This document shows positions 31,434 to 43,713 of a DNA stretch of 64,000 nucleotides, one piece after another; position 1 is the first letter of the stretch, and every line of letters starts with the position of its first letter. The notes below the pieces were generated by a model, which ran no database searches, was not told the origin of the DNA, and saw only the letters and a program-made list of their open reading frames with translations. Both the position numbers and the translations under genes were made by a program. The stretch spans positions 27,962,001 to 28,026,000 of the forward strand of contig OZ024745.1 of the NCBI GenBank assembly GCA_964016885.1, given 5' to 3'. The DNA is from Eledone cirrhosa (Eukaryota).

Positions 31434-31652
31434 GGTTTCTTATATAGGCACAAGGCCAGCAATTTTGGGGGCGAGGGAAAAGTCGATGAAATTGAGCCAA
31501 GTGCGTGACTGGTACTTTATTTTATCGACCCCGTAAGGATGAAAGGCAAAGTTAACCTCGGCGGGATTTGAACTCAGATCATAAAGGGCCGTAACTCTAT
31601 GCGGCAAAGCATGGCGTCCGACCCTCTATCGATACTGCCAATCCACCGCCCT
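31434..31652 (-). mobile_element. Full-length major SINE with 18-bp TSD
   Basis: TSD aagaagaatattaataat at 31416-31433 and 31653-31670; A/B-box-like head tggattggcagtatcg..gagttcaaatccc on minus strand. Confidence 0.92.
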
Positions 31653-33277
31653 AAGAAGAATATTAATAATAGAACTTTTGTCGGTTATATCGGCGAGCAT
31701 TCAGTTGTTTGATCGACAGAACGGTAAACTCGTCAATTAACGTGTGCATGGTTGAGTATTCCACATGCACATGTACCTTTAACGTAATTACTAAGGTCAA
31801 TGAGTGTAATGCAATATATAACAAAGCTGAACCTTTGAAAAATTACAGAATTACAGAATTCATTGGACGAGCTACCACTGTTTTCCTCTACCTAATTTCA
31901 CTCACAAGACTTGGTTCAACCCGTGATTATGTCCAAAATATCCCGCAATGGGATCAGATCCAGGACCTTATGATTACAAAACCAATTTCATAACATCTCA
32001 GCTATGCTTGTGACCACAGTAAATCCCTCCCCCCCCCCCTTGTTTCCCGGGTCAATTTATTATTTAGCAATAAAAATCGCCTGTTAGTGGGAGCAATAAG
32101 AATGAAAACGACACAACTCTTGTCTGGTGACATAGCAACATCATATGACAATCTGTTTGTCATGAGTTAGTTGCTATGACATTATCTATTAAATTCCATT
32201 TACCATCATTTCAATCACAAGTATAGAATGCTCCAGAAGCTTGTTAATAAAAGGAAGCAAAATATATTTTTACCTTTGGCTAATGCAACAGAATAAGATA
32301 CGATAGTTTTCTCTCCTTCCTCGACATATAGTTTGCATTTTCATGTCTATCTTATTACTGAGTTTATGTTTAAACGAACTGATTAAAATTGGAGTTAATA
32401 AACACAGCATTAAGATTTGACTTAATACTTATTTTAAAATACAACTACAGCTCTAAACTACTGCCTATTTCAAATGACAATTGGATCTATAAAATAAATA
32501 TCTCGGATAGTAAGCGTAAATAATAAAACATTTATTTAACACTTACATTTCTAATACTTCCTCATACAGTATCACGCATTCTAAAACTGCACTGCAACCC
32601 CCCTGGGGAAGGAGCTCTGTCAGGTAGGTGCCTGTTGTAATGGGTGTCGATGTCCATTCTCTGTGGCGGTACCTTCGCCATTTTGACCGCGGAGATCGAC
32701 TGAAAGATACTGCTCAGACGGGGGTGCAAGATCTGTTACTCCCTTCACCTTTTTCCTTTCTTAGTTGCTTAATTTCGTTTCCTTTGTCTTATCAAGGAAG
32801 ATGACAGTTAAATGTGTTTCGATATTATTGCGCCTCGTCGTTAAAAGAATTTATTGGGAGAAGAAACAAGATATACAAAACTGTTCAAATCCTGAAAAAT
32901 AACTTGACGAATTTGAATAATTGTAAATATATTTAAACGTGATTTGGTCTCCACATAAATGTAATTCTGAATTATAGTTATGGGGAAAAGATAAAAACAA
33001 CTGCACATTAACTACTTTAGACCTTAATGAGAAAGTTTGATGGTACAGAAATATTGTACACTAATGGGTCAGGACGGCCAAAAAAAATCTTACTTTTTGT
33101 TAAGAGCAGATAGAACTTCAATGAGGACAAACATTCTTTGTTTTGGTTTTGTTTTGTTTTTCTTTTCTTTTCATGCTACATCATGCCTGATTTCGGCGAA
33201 TATGTGATGAACTGTTATGATAAATATATGTGTGTATGCGTGAGTCTATGTACATAGATCATTATTGTTCATTAATA

Positions 33278-33462
33278 AGGCGGGGGATTGGCAGTATCGG
33301 TAGAGGGTCGAACGCCATGCTTTCCAGCATAGTTACGTCCCTTAACGATCTGATTTCAAATCCCGCCGAGGTTGACTATGCCATCAACCTTACGGAGTCG
33401 ATAAAATAAAGTACCAGTAATACACTGGGATAATTGCTGGCCTTGTGCCAAAAGTCGAAATA
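33278..33462 (+). mobile_element. Major SINE with 17-bp TSD
   Basis: TSD attattgttcattaata at 33261-33277 and 33463-33479. Confidence 0.9.
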
Positions 33463-33715
33463 ATTATTGTTCATTAATATATGTTTTTCATAGAAAGCCT
33501 CGTTAGCAAAGCATTATAACAAAAGCATTCTCAGGGACCACCGCATGGAAATAAGGTTGGCTCAGTCTTTGAAAAAAGTTGACAAGAGATATTTCAGTAC
33601 ATATCAAACAATGTATTCCTTTATACAAATAAAGCGTGTGTATATATATATATATATGGAAGCACCATAGCTACCATTAAACACACACACACACACATAC
33701 ATATATATATATGTA

Positions 33716-33749
<34 letters not shown>

Positions 33750-33750
33750 C

Positions 33751-33806
<56 letters not shown>

Positions 33807-33855
33807 GTATGTGTGTATATATATATATATGTGTGTGTGTATATATATATATATA

Positions 33856-34448
33856 GTTGGTGCTACTGGTAACAGGTATCCCAGTACAACCTGTCTCATG
33901 GACGGGTCGTTGGCGACTAAACTGGCAAGCCCACCAAGGTTTCTTGGTGAGGAGGGTGACTTTGGACATCCTGCAGGACTAAAAACAAAACCTGTCAAAG
34001 GGCAAAGGAGCTCTTAAGAGTCAATGGCCATCCAAAATCACCGGGAGAGATGACCCCTTAACCTTTGTCAAGGCAGAATTCTAGGAGAAAGAAAACTCTG
34101 ATATAACACCTGCAACTCTGATGGTATCCAATGATGTTGACTTGTTCTTCTTTTTGGTAAATATCATCTTGGTTAAGAGAGTGGGACTGGCTTTGTGCAG
34201 TGCCTTTGCTCACTATAAAAGCTTCACGGCACAGGCATTGCTTTATATCTGGAGATCTATCTGCACTTGTCGTCACATGGTACCATGAGCCCAGCACTAT
34301 GTGTCAATAATTGTCACAAGTGTAGTGTTGTACCAGAGTTTTCAAGTCGCTGGCTGGACTAAAAAGTCACACTCGTTCAGCGCATCGGTAGGGGTTCTCC
34401 TACATAGATATAAAGTAGTGGCCGTACTCGAAAACGAGTCGGCAGCCA

Positions 34449-34451
<3 letters not shown>
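33856..34451 (+). mobile_element. ~590-bp dispersed repeat (probably non-autonomous, LINE-derived); inverted copy at 48621-49197
   Basis: High identity to the reverse complement of 48621-49197; bounded by (TA)n. Confidence 0.7.
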
Positions 34452-34510
<59 letters not shown>

Positions 34511-34511
34511 A

Positions 34512-34599
<88 letters not shown>

Positions 34600-34617
34600 C
34601 GTATACATACATACTTA

Positions 34618-34659
<42 letters not shown>

Positions 34660-34669
34660 CGTATACATA

Positions 34670-34747
<78 letters not shown>

Positions 34748-34955
34748 TGTATGTACGTATACATACATACTTACATTTAAGTAAGTGCCATACTAAGAGT
34801 GAGAAATGAAATTTCGTTTTCATTTTTTCAACTTATCGTTTTCGGTATGCCTGACCGATTTAACTCACTCAATATGCAAATTAGGCTGCTCAGCCGTTAA
34901 TTTTCATAAGGAAAGTATATACTTTCGAACGTTCAACTATCTGGCAGATGGGTAT

Positions 34956-34998
34956 ACGGTGCTGATGATAGCTAACAAGCTTGAAACTAGTACATCGT
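34956..34998 (+). ncRNA. Type I hammerhead ribozyme (array unit 1); predicted cleavage after GUA at 34992
   Basis: Stem I acggtg/catcgt, CTGATGA 34962-34968, stem II agct-aaca-agct, GAAA 34983-34986, palindromic stem III actagt. Confidence 0.88.
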
Positions 34999-35148
34999 TC
35001 CTGTGTCAGTGTTGAACAAAAATGTGACGTGGTTGCCTTAACACCGTATGGCATAAATTCAGGCTGTTCAGTTTGTTTACAAACGAACAAAGCGGCGTTA
35101 TAATAAGCGTCCACTAAACTGATGCGTGCATATATGTATGTGTACCTG

Positions 35149-35184
<36 letters not shown>

Positions 35185-35418
35185 TGCTACTGTACGTCTG
35201 TATACATATATGTATGTAGGTATACATACATACTTACATTTAAGAAAGTGCCATACTAAGAGTGAGAAATGAAATTTCGTTTTCATTTTTTCAACTTATC
35301 GTTTTCGGTATGCCTGACCGATTTAACTCACTCAATATGCAAATTAGGCTGCTCAGCCGTTAATTTTCATAAGGAAAGTATATACTCTCGTACGTTCAAC
35401 TATCTGGCAGATGGGTAT

Positions 35419-35461
35419 ACGGTGCTGATGATAGCTAACAAGCTTGAAACTAGTACATCGT
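35419..35461 (+). ncRNA. Type I hammerhead ribozyme (array unit 2); predicted cleavage after 35455
   Basis: Identical to the unit 1 motif. Confidence 0.88.
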
Positions 35462-35611
35462 TCCTGTGTCAGTGTTGAACAAAAAGGTGACGTGGTTGCC
35501 TTAACACCGTATGGCATAAATTCAGGCTGTTCAGTTTGTTTACAAACGAACAAAGCGGCGTTATAATAAGCGTCCGCTAAACTGATGCGTGCATATATGT
35601 ATGTGTACCTG

Positions 35612-35677
<66 letters not shown>

Positions 35678-35911
35678 TGCTACTGTACGTCTGTATACAT
35701 ATATGTATGTACGTATACATACATACTTACATTTAAGTAAGTGCCATACTAAGAGTGAGAAATGAAATTTCGTTTTCATTTTTTCAACTTATCGTTTTCG
35801 GTATGCCTGACCGATTTAACTCACTCAATATGCAAATTAGGCTGCTCAGCCGTTAATTTTCATAAGGAAAGTATATACTTTCGAACGTTCAACTATCTGG
35901 CAGATGGGTAT

Positions 35912-35954
35912 ACGGTGCCGATGATAGCTAACAAGCTTGAAACTAGTACATCGT
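35912..35954 (+). ncRNA. Hammerhead (array unit 3) with U4C core change (CCGAUGA)
   Basis: Same stems; core reads ccgatga at 35918-35924. Confidence 0.7.
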
Positions 35955-36258
35955 TCCTGTGTCAGTGTTGAACAAAAAGGTGACGTGGTTGCCTTAACAC
36001 CGTATGGCATAAATTCAGGCTGTTCAGTTTGTTTACAAACGAACAAAGCGGCGTTATAATAAGCGTCCGCTAAACTGATGCGTGCATATATGTATGTGTA
36101 CCTGTATGTATATATATATATATATATATGCATGCTACTGTATGTCTGTATACATATATGTATGTACGTATACATACATACTTACATTTAAGTAAGTGCC
36201 ATACTAAGAGTGAGAAATGAAATTTCGTTTTCATTTTTTCAACTTATGTATATATATA

Positions 36259-36365
<107 letters not shown>

Positions 36366-36919
36366 GCGTGTATATATATATTCCTTATAGATATACGTTT
36401 CTTGTAGATATACGTGTGTGTGTGCGCGTGTACCTTGTTTGTCTTCTTTTCTTTAATTTTTTCTTTCTAAATTATTGTTCCATTTTTATAAATATATCGA
36501 GAATGATACTTTCTTTTAATTATTACACTCCCTTGCCTCTTTTACTTCCGCATATAAGTGTACGTGCGTGTGGGTGTGTTTATACGCGTGCCTTCATATT
36601 CTTATAATGTATCTATTACCCTATTTCTGTGTACCTGCCAAACAGAAAACCACATCATGTCTGTCTGTAGTTGACAGATACACAGATACACTTGCCCTAA
36701 CACATATATTTATGCACACTTTTTCACTATACGTATACATTTGTACATACACATATATGTACATCTGTGAGCGTATATACATACATATACACACACCTAA
36801 CTATATTTCTTGAAATATTTTTATATATTTCATATGGCTATTGTAATTCATTTGTCTATATTTATATAATTTTTTTGCTTTTCTTGATGAGACTTTCCAA
36901 GTATTTAGCCATGTTTTAT

Positions 36920-36997
36920 ATTGCCTCGTCTGACGAACGAATGAAGACGTTTCTTTCGTATTCGCCTCATTCGGGAAACCTCTGGTAATGAGGTAAT
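36920..36997 (+). ncRNA. Type I hammerhead ribozyme in a Penelope-type terminal region
   Basis: Stem I attgcctcgt/atgaggtaat, CTGACGA, stem II cgaatga/tcattcg, GAAA-cc-tct-gg-TA. Confidence 0.85.
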
Positions 36998-37415
36998 TAT
37001 ATTGTATTGATTTTTATACATTAAATTTTGCTCTGGTACTTACATAGAGCACTCTTCACTTCTATGACCTTTTCTGTTTTCAACGGAAATTTAAATACTT
37101 ATATATATATATATATGTATGTGTGTGTATGTATGTGTGTGTGGGTGTGCGCGCGTGTGTGTGTTTGTGAATCTGTGTGTTGAGACCTAGAATATAGCTT
37201 AAGAGAAACTTAAAAATAAGGAGTGGCACCCCATTCTGAACTTGTTTATAGAATTCTTTCTGCCTTTGTTACTCTAAATATAAATTATAGCTTTATAGAA
37301 TTAGCTCTTAATGAATACCCTTTTCTATCAACCAATGACCTCTACCCATCCCACTCCCGACCCTCTCCTACCACCTGAAGAGACCTATAAATACCATTTT
37401 TATTTTTTGATACCC

Positions 37416-37466
37416 AGATTCCTGATGATTTCTAAAGAATGAAACAGTTCTAGTCCTGTAGAATCT
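37416..37466 (+). ncRNA. Type I hammerhead ribozyme
   Basis: Stem I agattc/gaatct, CTGATGA, short stem II ttc-taaa-gaa, GAAA-cag..ctg-TA. Confidence 0.75.
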
Positions 37467-37548
37467 CATCTATATTAAAACTTTTATACTCTGCTATGTA
37501 TTGAGTACCTTACTTACTGTGGTTACCTCCGATTCAACCCGGAATAAC

Positions 37549-37582
<34 letters not shown>

Positions 37583-38150
37583 GGGGAGTCGGTGAACATA
37601 TTCAAACATATTTTAGTTGTATAGCGAATTTAACACACAAATACCCGAATTTTCAGCGTTGATTTTCATGAATATTGGTATAGATCAATGAGGATTATGG
37701 ATTGGTTATTATGAAGGAAAATAAGTAGAATGTTTTTATGATTAATCAAAACTTAAGTATATATTCATACAGACGTACAGTAGTATGTATATATATATAT
37801 ACATACATGCACACATATATATGTACGTATGGATTTACCGAACATTTATTATAATGCTCGGTGTATCTGCAAATCTATTTCGTTTCCCGGTGGAAATCAT
37901 TATATTTCGCTGATGCCTCAAAGCATTGAGAAATATACAAACTTAACACAAACTCATTCCCGTTACCTAGAGATATATAATATTGTTCCAGACCCACATT
38001 TTGCGATTAATCAAGTTGTCGTGATTATTATAGTTGTCTAGGGTGGTGAGTTGGCAGAGTCGTTAGAACATCGGTAAATGTTTAGCAGTATTTGTATAGG
38101 CTCTTTACGTTCTAAGTTCAAACCACGCCTTTCGTCCTTCCTTATATACA

Positions 38151-38198
<48 letters not shown>

Positions 38199-38200
<2 letters not shown>

Positions 38201-38418
38201 AATGATCGACTTTCGTCAAATCGGACCGAGGGAACAATGTTTCCGTTGGTCTTTCCAATTGCTAATACTATCTATCGGTCGCAACTCCAGGTAGAAGGAG
38301 CAACGTGAAATAAAGTGTCTTGCTCAAGGACATAACGCATCCCCTGGTCCACGAATCGAACTCACAACCTTACGATTGCGAATCCAATTCTCTAACCACT
38401 CAGCCACACGCCTTCACA
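38199..38418 (-). mobile_element. Second SINE family, with tRNA-like head
   Basis: Minus strand: gtgaaggcgtgtggctgagtggttagag..gtgagttcgattc..gtccttgagcaagacactt. Confidence 0.8.
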
Positions 38419-38427
38419 ATATATATA

Positions 38428-38575
38428 TAACAAAGAAAGTGTGGTAAGAAACCAAGTGGACCATAACGCACCAGAGTGCTCGATACTTAGCGTAGAAGAG
38501 TGGGTAATATGAAAAGAGTTCTGATCTAACTGTCAAAACGGCCGAAGCTCAGCCGTCGGAGTCCTGACTCTTTTC

Positions 38576-38614
<39 letters not shown>

Positions 38615-38830
38615 GCCGGATGGCTGGAACAGATAAAAGAATAAAAGAATATATATATATATATATAAATCAGGATGCATTCAGTTTTAAAACTTGTTAG
38701 ACCATTACTCAACAGAGTACTCGATACTTGGGGTAGTAGAGTATGTATATTATAAAGTGTCGGGACTCCGACAGCAGGGCTCTTGCCGTTTCAACAACTA
38801 TTTACAGTCTGAAACTAGCTGTTGAAACGG

Positions 38831-38833
<3 letters not shown>
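38428..38833 (-). mobile_element. Two diverged fold-back mini-elements (copies 3 and 4: 38428-38579 and 38668-38833)
   Basis: gaccat..cagagt(g/a)ctcgatactt..g(t/a)agagt tail plus aaacggc..gccgtc hairpin; separated by (TA)n. Confidence 0.7.
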
Positions 38834-38882
<49 letters not shown>

Positions 38883-38989
38883 ATAATAATAAATTTGAAG
38901 ACTAAAATCCAAAGAGGGCTCGATAAGGATAAATATATATCAAATATAGAAGAACCGTAGAGCAAATATTTATTAAAATAACAGATTAA

Positions 38990-39040
38990 AGTTTAAGCAA
39001 AGAATCGCTGCTTTCACCCTTAACGGGATCTTCTGAAACT
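38990..39040 (-). ncRNA. Hammerhead-like motif, CAGAAGA core variant (same family as 25637)
   Basis: Reverse complement of 25637-25687 with CUU at the cleavage triplet. Confidence 0.55.
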
Positions 39041-39050
39041 AACAAAGTTA

Positions 39051-39090
<40 letters not shown>

Positions 39091-39595
39091 TTTTTTTTGT
39101 TTTTTTTTTTATTTAGTCTTTTGAATAAATTTAGTCCTTCATCAGTGATCTTCCAACCTTCATTGGTATTTCATCGCTTTAAAGACCATATACCTCCGGT
39201 TGGTGCGAGCAACGGCTAAAGAAAGTCGTTGGGACACGTAAATAAGAGGAACGAGCGAGACAGTAAACAATCAAAGATGGTAATGCAATGAAAAGTGAGG
39301 AAGAAGGAGTCAAGTCCCTGAAATCGATGAACATAAGTTCTGTGAAATCGTGGACGAGAGAGAATAAAGACCATCAAACTTGGTCGAAATGTGAGTAAGG
39401 AAAGAATTTCGCACAGGTCAAACGGGAGGAAGAAGGAGTCAAGTCTCTGAAATCGATGAACATAAGTTTACACATTCATTTGCATATCCACACATAAGTT
39501 TGAATAATCCGTAATATCTTTCCACTATCCAGTGCATTTTCAACCGATAAGGTAGAATTTTCATGGCTACGTCTCTATTTATAAAACAAACTTTG

Positions 39596-39660
39596 TATTT
39601 TATCTGATGAAAGCGCACCAATGTTGTCTTGGTTGCCCTTGAAATGTATATAACAAAATA
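39596..39660 (+). ncRNA. Type I hammerhead in a partial copy (39462-39665) of the 39.8-42.4 kb terminal repeat
   Basis: tattttat-CTGATGA-aagcgcaccaa..ttggttgccctt-GAAA-tgtata-TA-acaaaata. Confidence 0.8.
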
Positions 39661-39671
39661 AATATTGTTTT

Positions 39672-39757
<86 letters not shown>

Positions 39758-39855
39758 TATTTAACTTGTTGGAAATCCGACAAATATAAATGTTTAGAGC
39801 ACTCAACAAATTACTGATATTAAATAAATGGAAACTATATTTATAAAACCATATT

Positions 39856-39920
39856 TATTTTATTATATACATTTCAAGGGCAACCAAGACAACATTGGTG
39901 CGCTTTCATCAGATAAAATA
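39856..39920 (-). ncRNA. Type I hammerhead ribozyme
   Basis: Minus strand: tattttat-CTGATGA-stem II-GAAA-tgtata-TA-ataaaata. Confidence 0.85.
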
Positions 39921-42252
39921 CAAAGTTTGTTTTATAAATAGAGACGTACCCATGAAAATTCTACCTTATCGGTTGGAAATTCATTGGATAGTGGAAACAT
40001 ATTAGAGATTATTCAAACTTATGTATGGATATGCAAATGAATGTGTAAATAATTGAAAAAACAACCGTTTATTTAAATGACACTGGAGAAAGATAGGGAA
40101 GAAAGAGAGAGAGAAAAAAGAGAGAGAAAAGATATTAATATTACGAGATAGATAGAGAGAAGAAATTTTCAAGAGGTTGAATAGAACTCATGGAACGTAA
40201 ATATGGGGGAATAAATTTTAAGTTTATATTTACTAATGGTACGTATATTTACTATTATTTAGTTGTTAGAATTCTTTTTAATATAATATTTACTGTTATA
40301 ATTAGATAGAAAAATAAATAGATAAATATAGAAATATAATATATATAAAAATTAGATAGAAAAATATATGGAAAAATAAATAGATAAAAAAATAGATAAA
40401 TAGAAGAATAAATAGATAAAAAATAGATAGATAGAAAAATAAGTAGAAAAATAAATAGAAAGGTAAATAGAAAACTAAATAGAAAAATAAAAGAATAAAT
40501 CAATAAATAGATAAATAGATAAATAGATAGATAAATGGATATATGGGTATATCGTGTTATAGATAATTGTTTTAATGAGTTATGAGGGATATTGGTTTAT
40601 ATTTAATGTAAGTAATTAAGTTAACTGAGTTAATAAGAATATTTACATTTATATTTTTAAATATTTTAAATTGGGAAGATACGGAAAAAACTCCAGTTTT
40701 GTTTATTTATTAGTTAGTATGAGACCATTTTGTCAAAATAAGTTTCAATGTTAAAGATATAAATGTTGAAAGATATATTTAGTCTGAATTAGTTAGTGGA
40801 TATAAATCTAATAAAAGATATAAAAAAAAATATTTATTAAAAATATTAAAAAATATTAAAAATTCGGGAAAATTTTTTTTTTTATTTTTTAAATTTTTAA
40901 AAAACTTTATAAAAATTTTATAAAAACTTTATAAAAATGTTTTTAAAATATTTTATAAGAGATAGGTAGATTTAAAAAAAAAGTAATTTTTAACATATAT
41001 GAAATATTTAAGAAGTAAAAAATAAAAAATGAAAGATTTAAGAAGTAAAAAATAAAAAATAAAAAATAAAGAATAAAGAATTCAAAAACTTAAAAAATAT
41101 TAAAATTAAAGTTAATATTAGAAATTAAAATTTAAACATTTAGGATCATATATGTATATAATTTAAGAAATGTTAAGAAGAGAAATTATAAGAAGTGAAA
41201 TTATAGCAAACAATATATTAAAACAGAGTAAATAAGATTGTTATGGAAATAGGTAGAAATATTATAAGTGTAATTATAATTTATAATTTATATATAGTTC
41301 TAAACGTTCAATTTAGGCGATGTTTACAAGAACTAAATAAATTCATTCGTACATTAATAGAGTTCTTACATTTAAGTATTCTTATTAACTCAGTTAACTT
41401 AATTACTTGCATTAAATATAAACCAATATCCCTCATAACTCATTAAAACAATTATCTATAACACGATATACCCATATATCCATTTATCTATCTATTTATC
41501 TATTTATCCAAACAGTGAGTGTGTTCTGTTATTAATTCTGGCAATATTACGCAAATATGACCCTCCCCAAATATAACAATATCTATTTATCTATTTATTG
41601 ATTTATTCTTTTATTTTTCTATTTATTTTTCTATTTATTTTTCTATTTATTTTTCTATTTATTTTTCTATTTATTTTTCTATTTATTTTTCTATTTATTT
41701 TTCTATTTATTTTTCTACTTATTTTTCTACTTATTTTTCTATCTATCTATTTTTTATCTATTTATTCTTCTATTTATCTATTTTTCTATCTTTTTATTTT
41801 CCCATATATTTTTCTATTTTTTTTTATATATATTTATTTTTCTATATATATCTATTTATTTTTCTATTTAATTATAACAGTAAATATTATATTAAAAAGA
41901 ATTCTAACAACTAAATAATAGTAAATATACGTACCATTAGTAGATATAAACTTAAAATTTATTCCCCCACATTTACGTTCCATGAGTTCTATTCAACCTC
42001 TTGAAAATTTCTTCTCTCTATCTATCTCGTAATATTAATATCTTTTCTCTCTCTTTTTTCTCTCTCTCTTTCTTCCCTATCTTTCTCCAGTGTCATTTAA
42101 ATAAACGGTTGTTTTTTCAATTATTTACACATTCATTTGCATATCCACACATAAGTTTGAATAATCCCTAATATGTTTCCACTATCCAATGAATTTCCAA
42201 CCGATAAGGTAGAATTTTCATGGGTACGTCTCTATTTATAAAACAAACTTTG

Positions 42253-42317
42253 TATTTTATCTGATGAAAGCACACCAATGTTGTCTTGGTTGCCCTTGAA
42301 ATGTATATAATAAAATA
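42253..42317 (+). ncRNA. Type I hammerhead ribozyme
   Basis: Stem I tattttat/ataaaata, CTGATGA 42261-42267, GAAA 42298-42301, self-complementary stem III atgtatat, AUA site at 42309. Confidence 0.85.
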
Positions 42318-42363
42318 AATATGGTTTTATAAATATAGTTTCCATTTAATTAATATCATGTTA

Positions 42364-42401
<38 letters not shown>

Positions 42402-42819
42402 AGATAGATAGATAAATAGAGAGAGAGAGAGAGAGAGAGTGAGAGAGAGAGAGGGGGGAGAGAGAGAGAGAGAGAGAGAGAGAATAAAAAATTAATCGCA
42501 ATAAAATCTCGATTACATTGGTCTGTAAAGTGCTCAAAGATTTCGGACCACAGATATGCAAAAATATTACAGACACAATATCAATTATATATTGTAATTC
42601 ATATGACAAGGTACAAAAGTAAGCAGAATATAAAAATATGTAATATTTATTACTTTTACAGTCGTAAGGATTCATTTACATCTCTAAATTACGCGAAAGG
42701 GGAATTTATCAAGGTTCTAATTTACCATTTCGTACTTCTGACTGATTTCGCTCGGTGACGGGGGTCGGGATTTTACATCTCTATCTCTCTCTCTCTCTAT
42801 ATATATATAAAGGTTTAGT

Positions 42820-43000
42820 GAATTGGCAGTATCGGTAGAGGGTCGGACGCCATGCTTTGACGCATAGAGTTACGGCCCTTGCCATTCTGAGTTCAAATCC
42901 CGCCGAGGTTAACTTTGCCTTTCATCCTTACGGGGTCGATAAAATAAAGTACCAGTAATACACTGGGAAATTGCTGGCCTTGTGCCAAAAGTAGAAACAA
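42820..43000 (+). mobile_element. Major SINE (young, short variant)
   Basis: Near-identical to 61173-61355. Confidence 0.9.
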
Positions 43001-43033
43001 TTATATATATATATATAAATATATATATATATA

Positions 43034-43499
43034 GGGCGAGTAAAATTCCCGAGATCCATCGACAAGTTCTCTCCAGCGGTCTCTATCCCTCATTATCACT
43101 GCCATGTCCTGCGTCTCCAATAGACCAGTGTCTGTCCTTAGGACATGCATCAACATATGTTAACATTGGTCTTCCTCTTCCAGTGTGTCCATGCAGGGGA
43201 TTCCACAGGAGCACTGAGTGCAGTGTCAACTCTGGATGTCGGTGAGCATGTCTAGCTAACCTCAGTCTCCTCTGTGTGAAAGTCGGACCTTCGTAAAGAC
43301 CTGACGATCCGCCTCTTCGTTACTGTAGTGGAGTATGTGCTGCTGTACGGGTCTGAGACTTGGTCACTGACCAAGAAACTCACTCAGATGGTGGATGGGT
43401 GGTACACGAGAATGCTGAGGATGACTCTGAACATTAATCAGTATACACTTAGGATGAAAAAGCTATATGGGAGCCTCCCAAAAGTCACCTTAAAAGTTA
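43034..43499. mobile_element. RTE/RTE-X-like LINE 3' end with inverted 5' segment
   Basis: Plus (43278-43499): VEYVLLYGSETWSLTKK..DGWYTRMLRM..LYGSLPKV. Minus (43034-43278): QRRLRLARHAHRHPE..LLWNPLHG..GRGRPMLTYVD..MRDRDRWR. Confidence 0.82.
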
Positions 43500-43554
43500 T
43501 ATATATATATATATATATAATATAAGATCAAAAGATGGTTAAAGGAGTTCCATA

Positions 43555-43626
43555 TATTTTATTATGCGCATTTCAAAAACAAAACATCATCAAGCAATAA
43601 TATTTGTGTTTTCATCAGATAAAACA
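43555..43626 (-). ncRNA. Type I hammerhead ribozyme
   Basis: Reverse complement of 43714-43785. Confidence 0.85.
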
Positions 43627-43713
43627 GGAGAACATGATATGAAGGCTAAAAATATGTTGATTTAAAACTGCACTATCAACAAGTGTTTTTTTAGCCTTCA
43701 TATCATGTTCTCC

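Larger units (their letters stand above)
34741..36247 (+). repeat. Head-to-tail array of 3 full units plus a partial unit (periods 463, 493, 455 bp), one hammerhead per full unit: candidate non-LTR retrozyme
   Basis: atgaaatttcgttttcatt recurs at 34806, 35269, 35762 and 36217; unit length differs only by the internal (TA)n. Confidence 0.93.
39815..42359. mobile_element. Non-coding Penelope-type element with long inverted terminal arms (~39815-40645 / ~41372-42359) and an AT-rich spacer
   Basis: Arms are reverse complements over ~800 bp; right arm has a ~70-bp insertion and an expanded (ctatttattttt)n; one HHR near each outer end. Confidence 0.85.

Noticed and set aside
34806-35971. Repeated 69-aa ORF (MKFRFHFF...) in each array unit
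   Set aside because: No recognisable domain; it recurs only because the DNA is repeated, and it overlaps the ribozyme. Not supportable as a protein.
34741-36247. CRISPR-like or telomeric array
   Set aside because: Units are ~460-490 bp and near-identical with no unique spacers; eukaryotic context and no cas genes.
38340-38418. tRNA gene
   Set aside because: tRNA-like A/B boxes are the head of a SINE, continuous with the SINE body; no complete cloverleaf.
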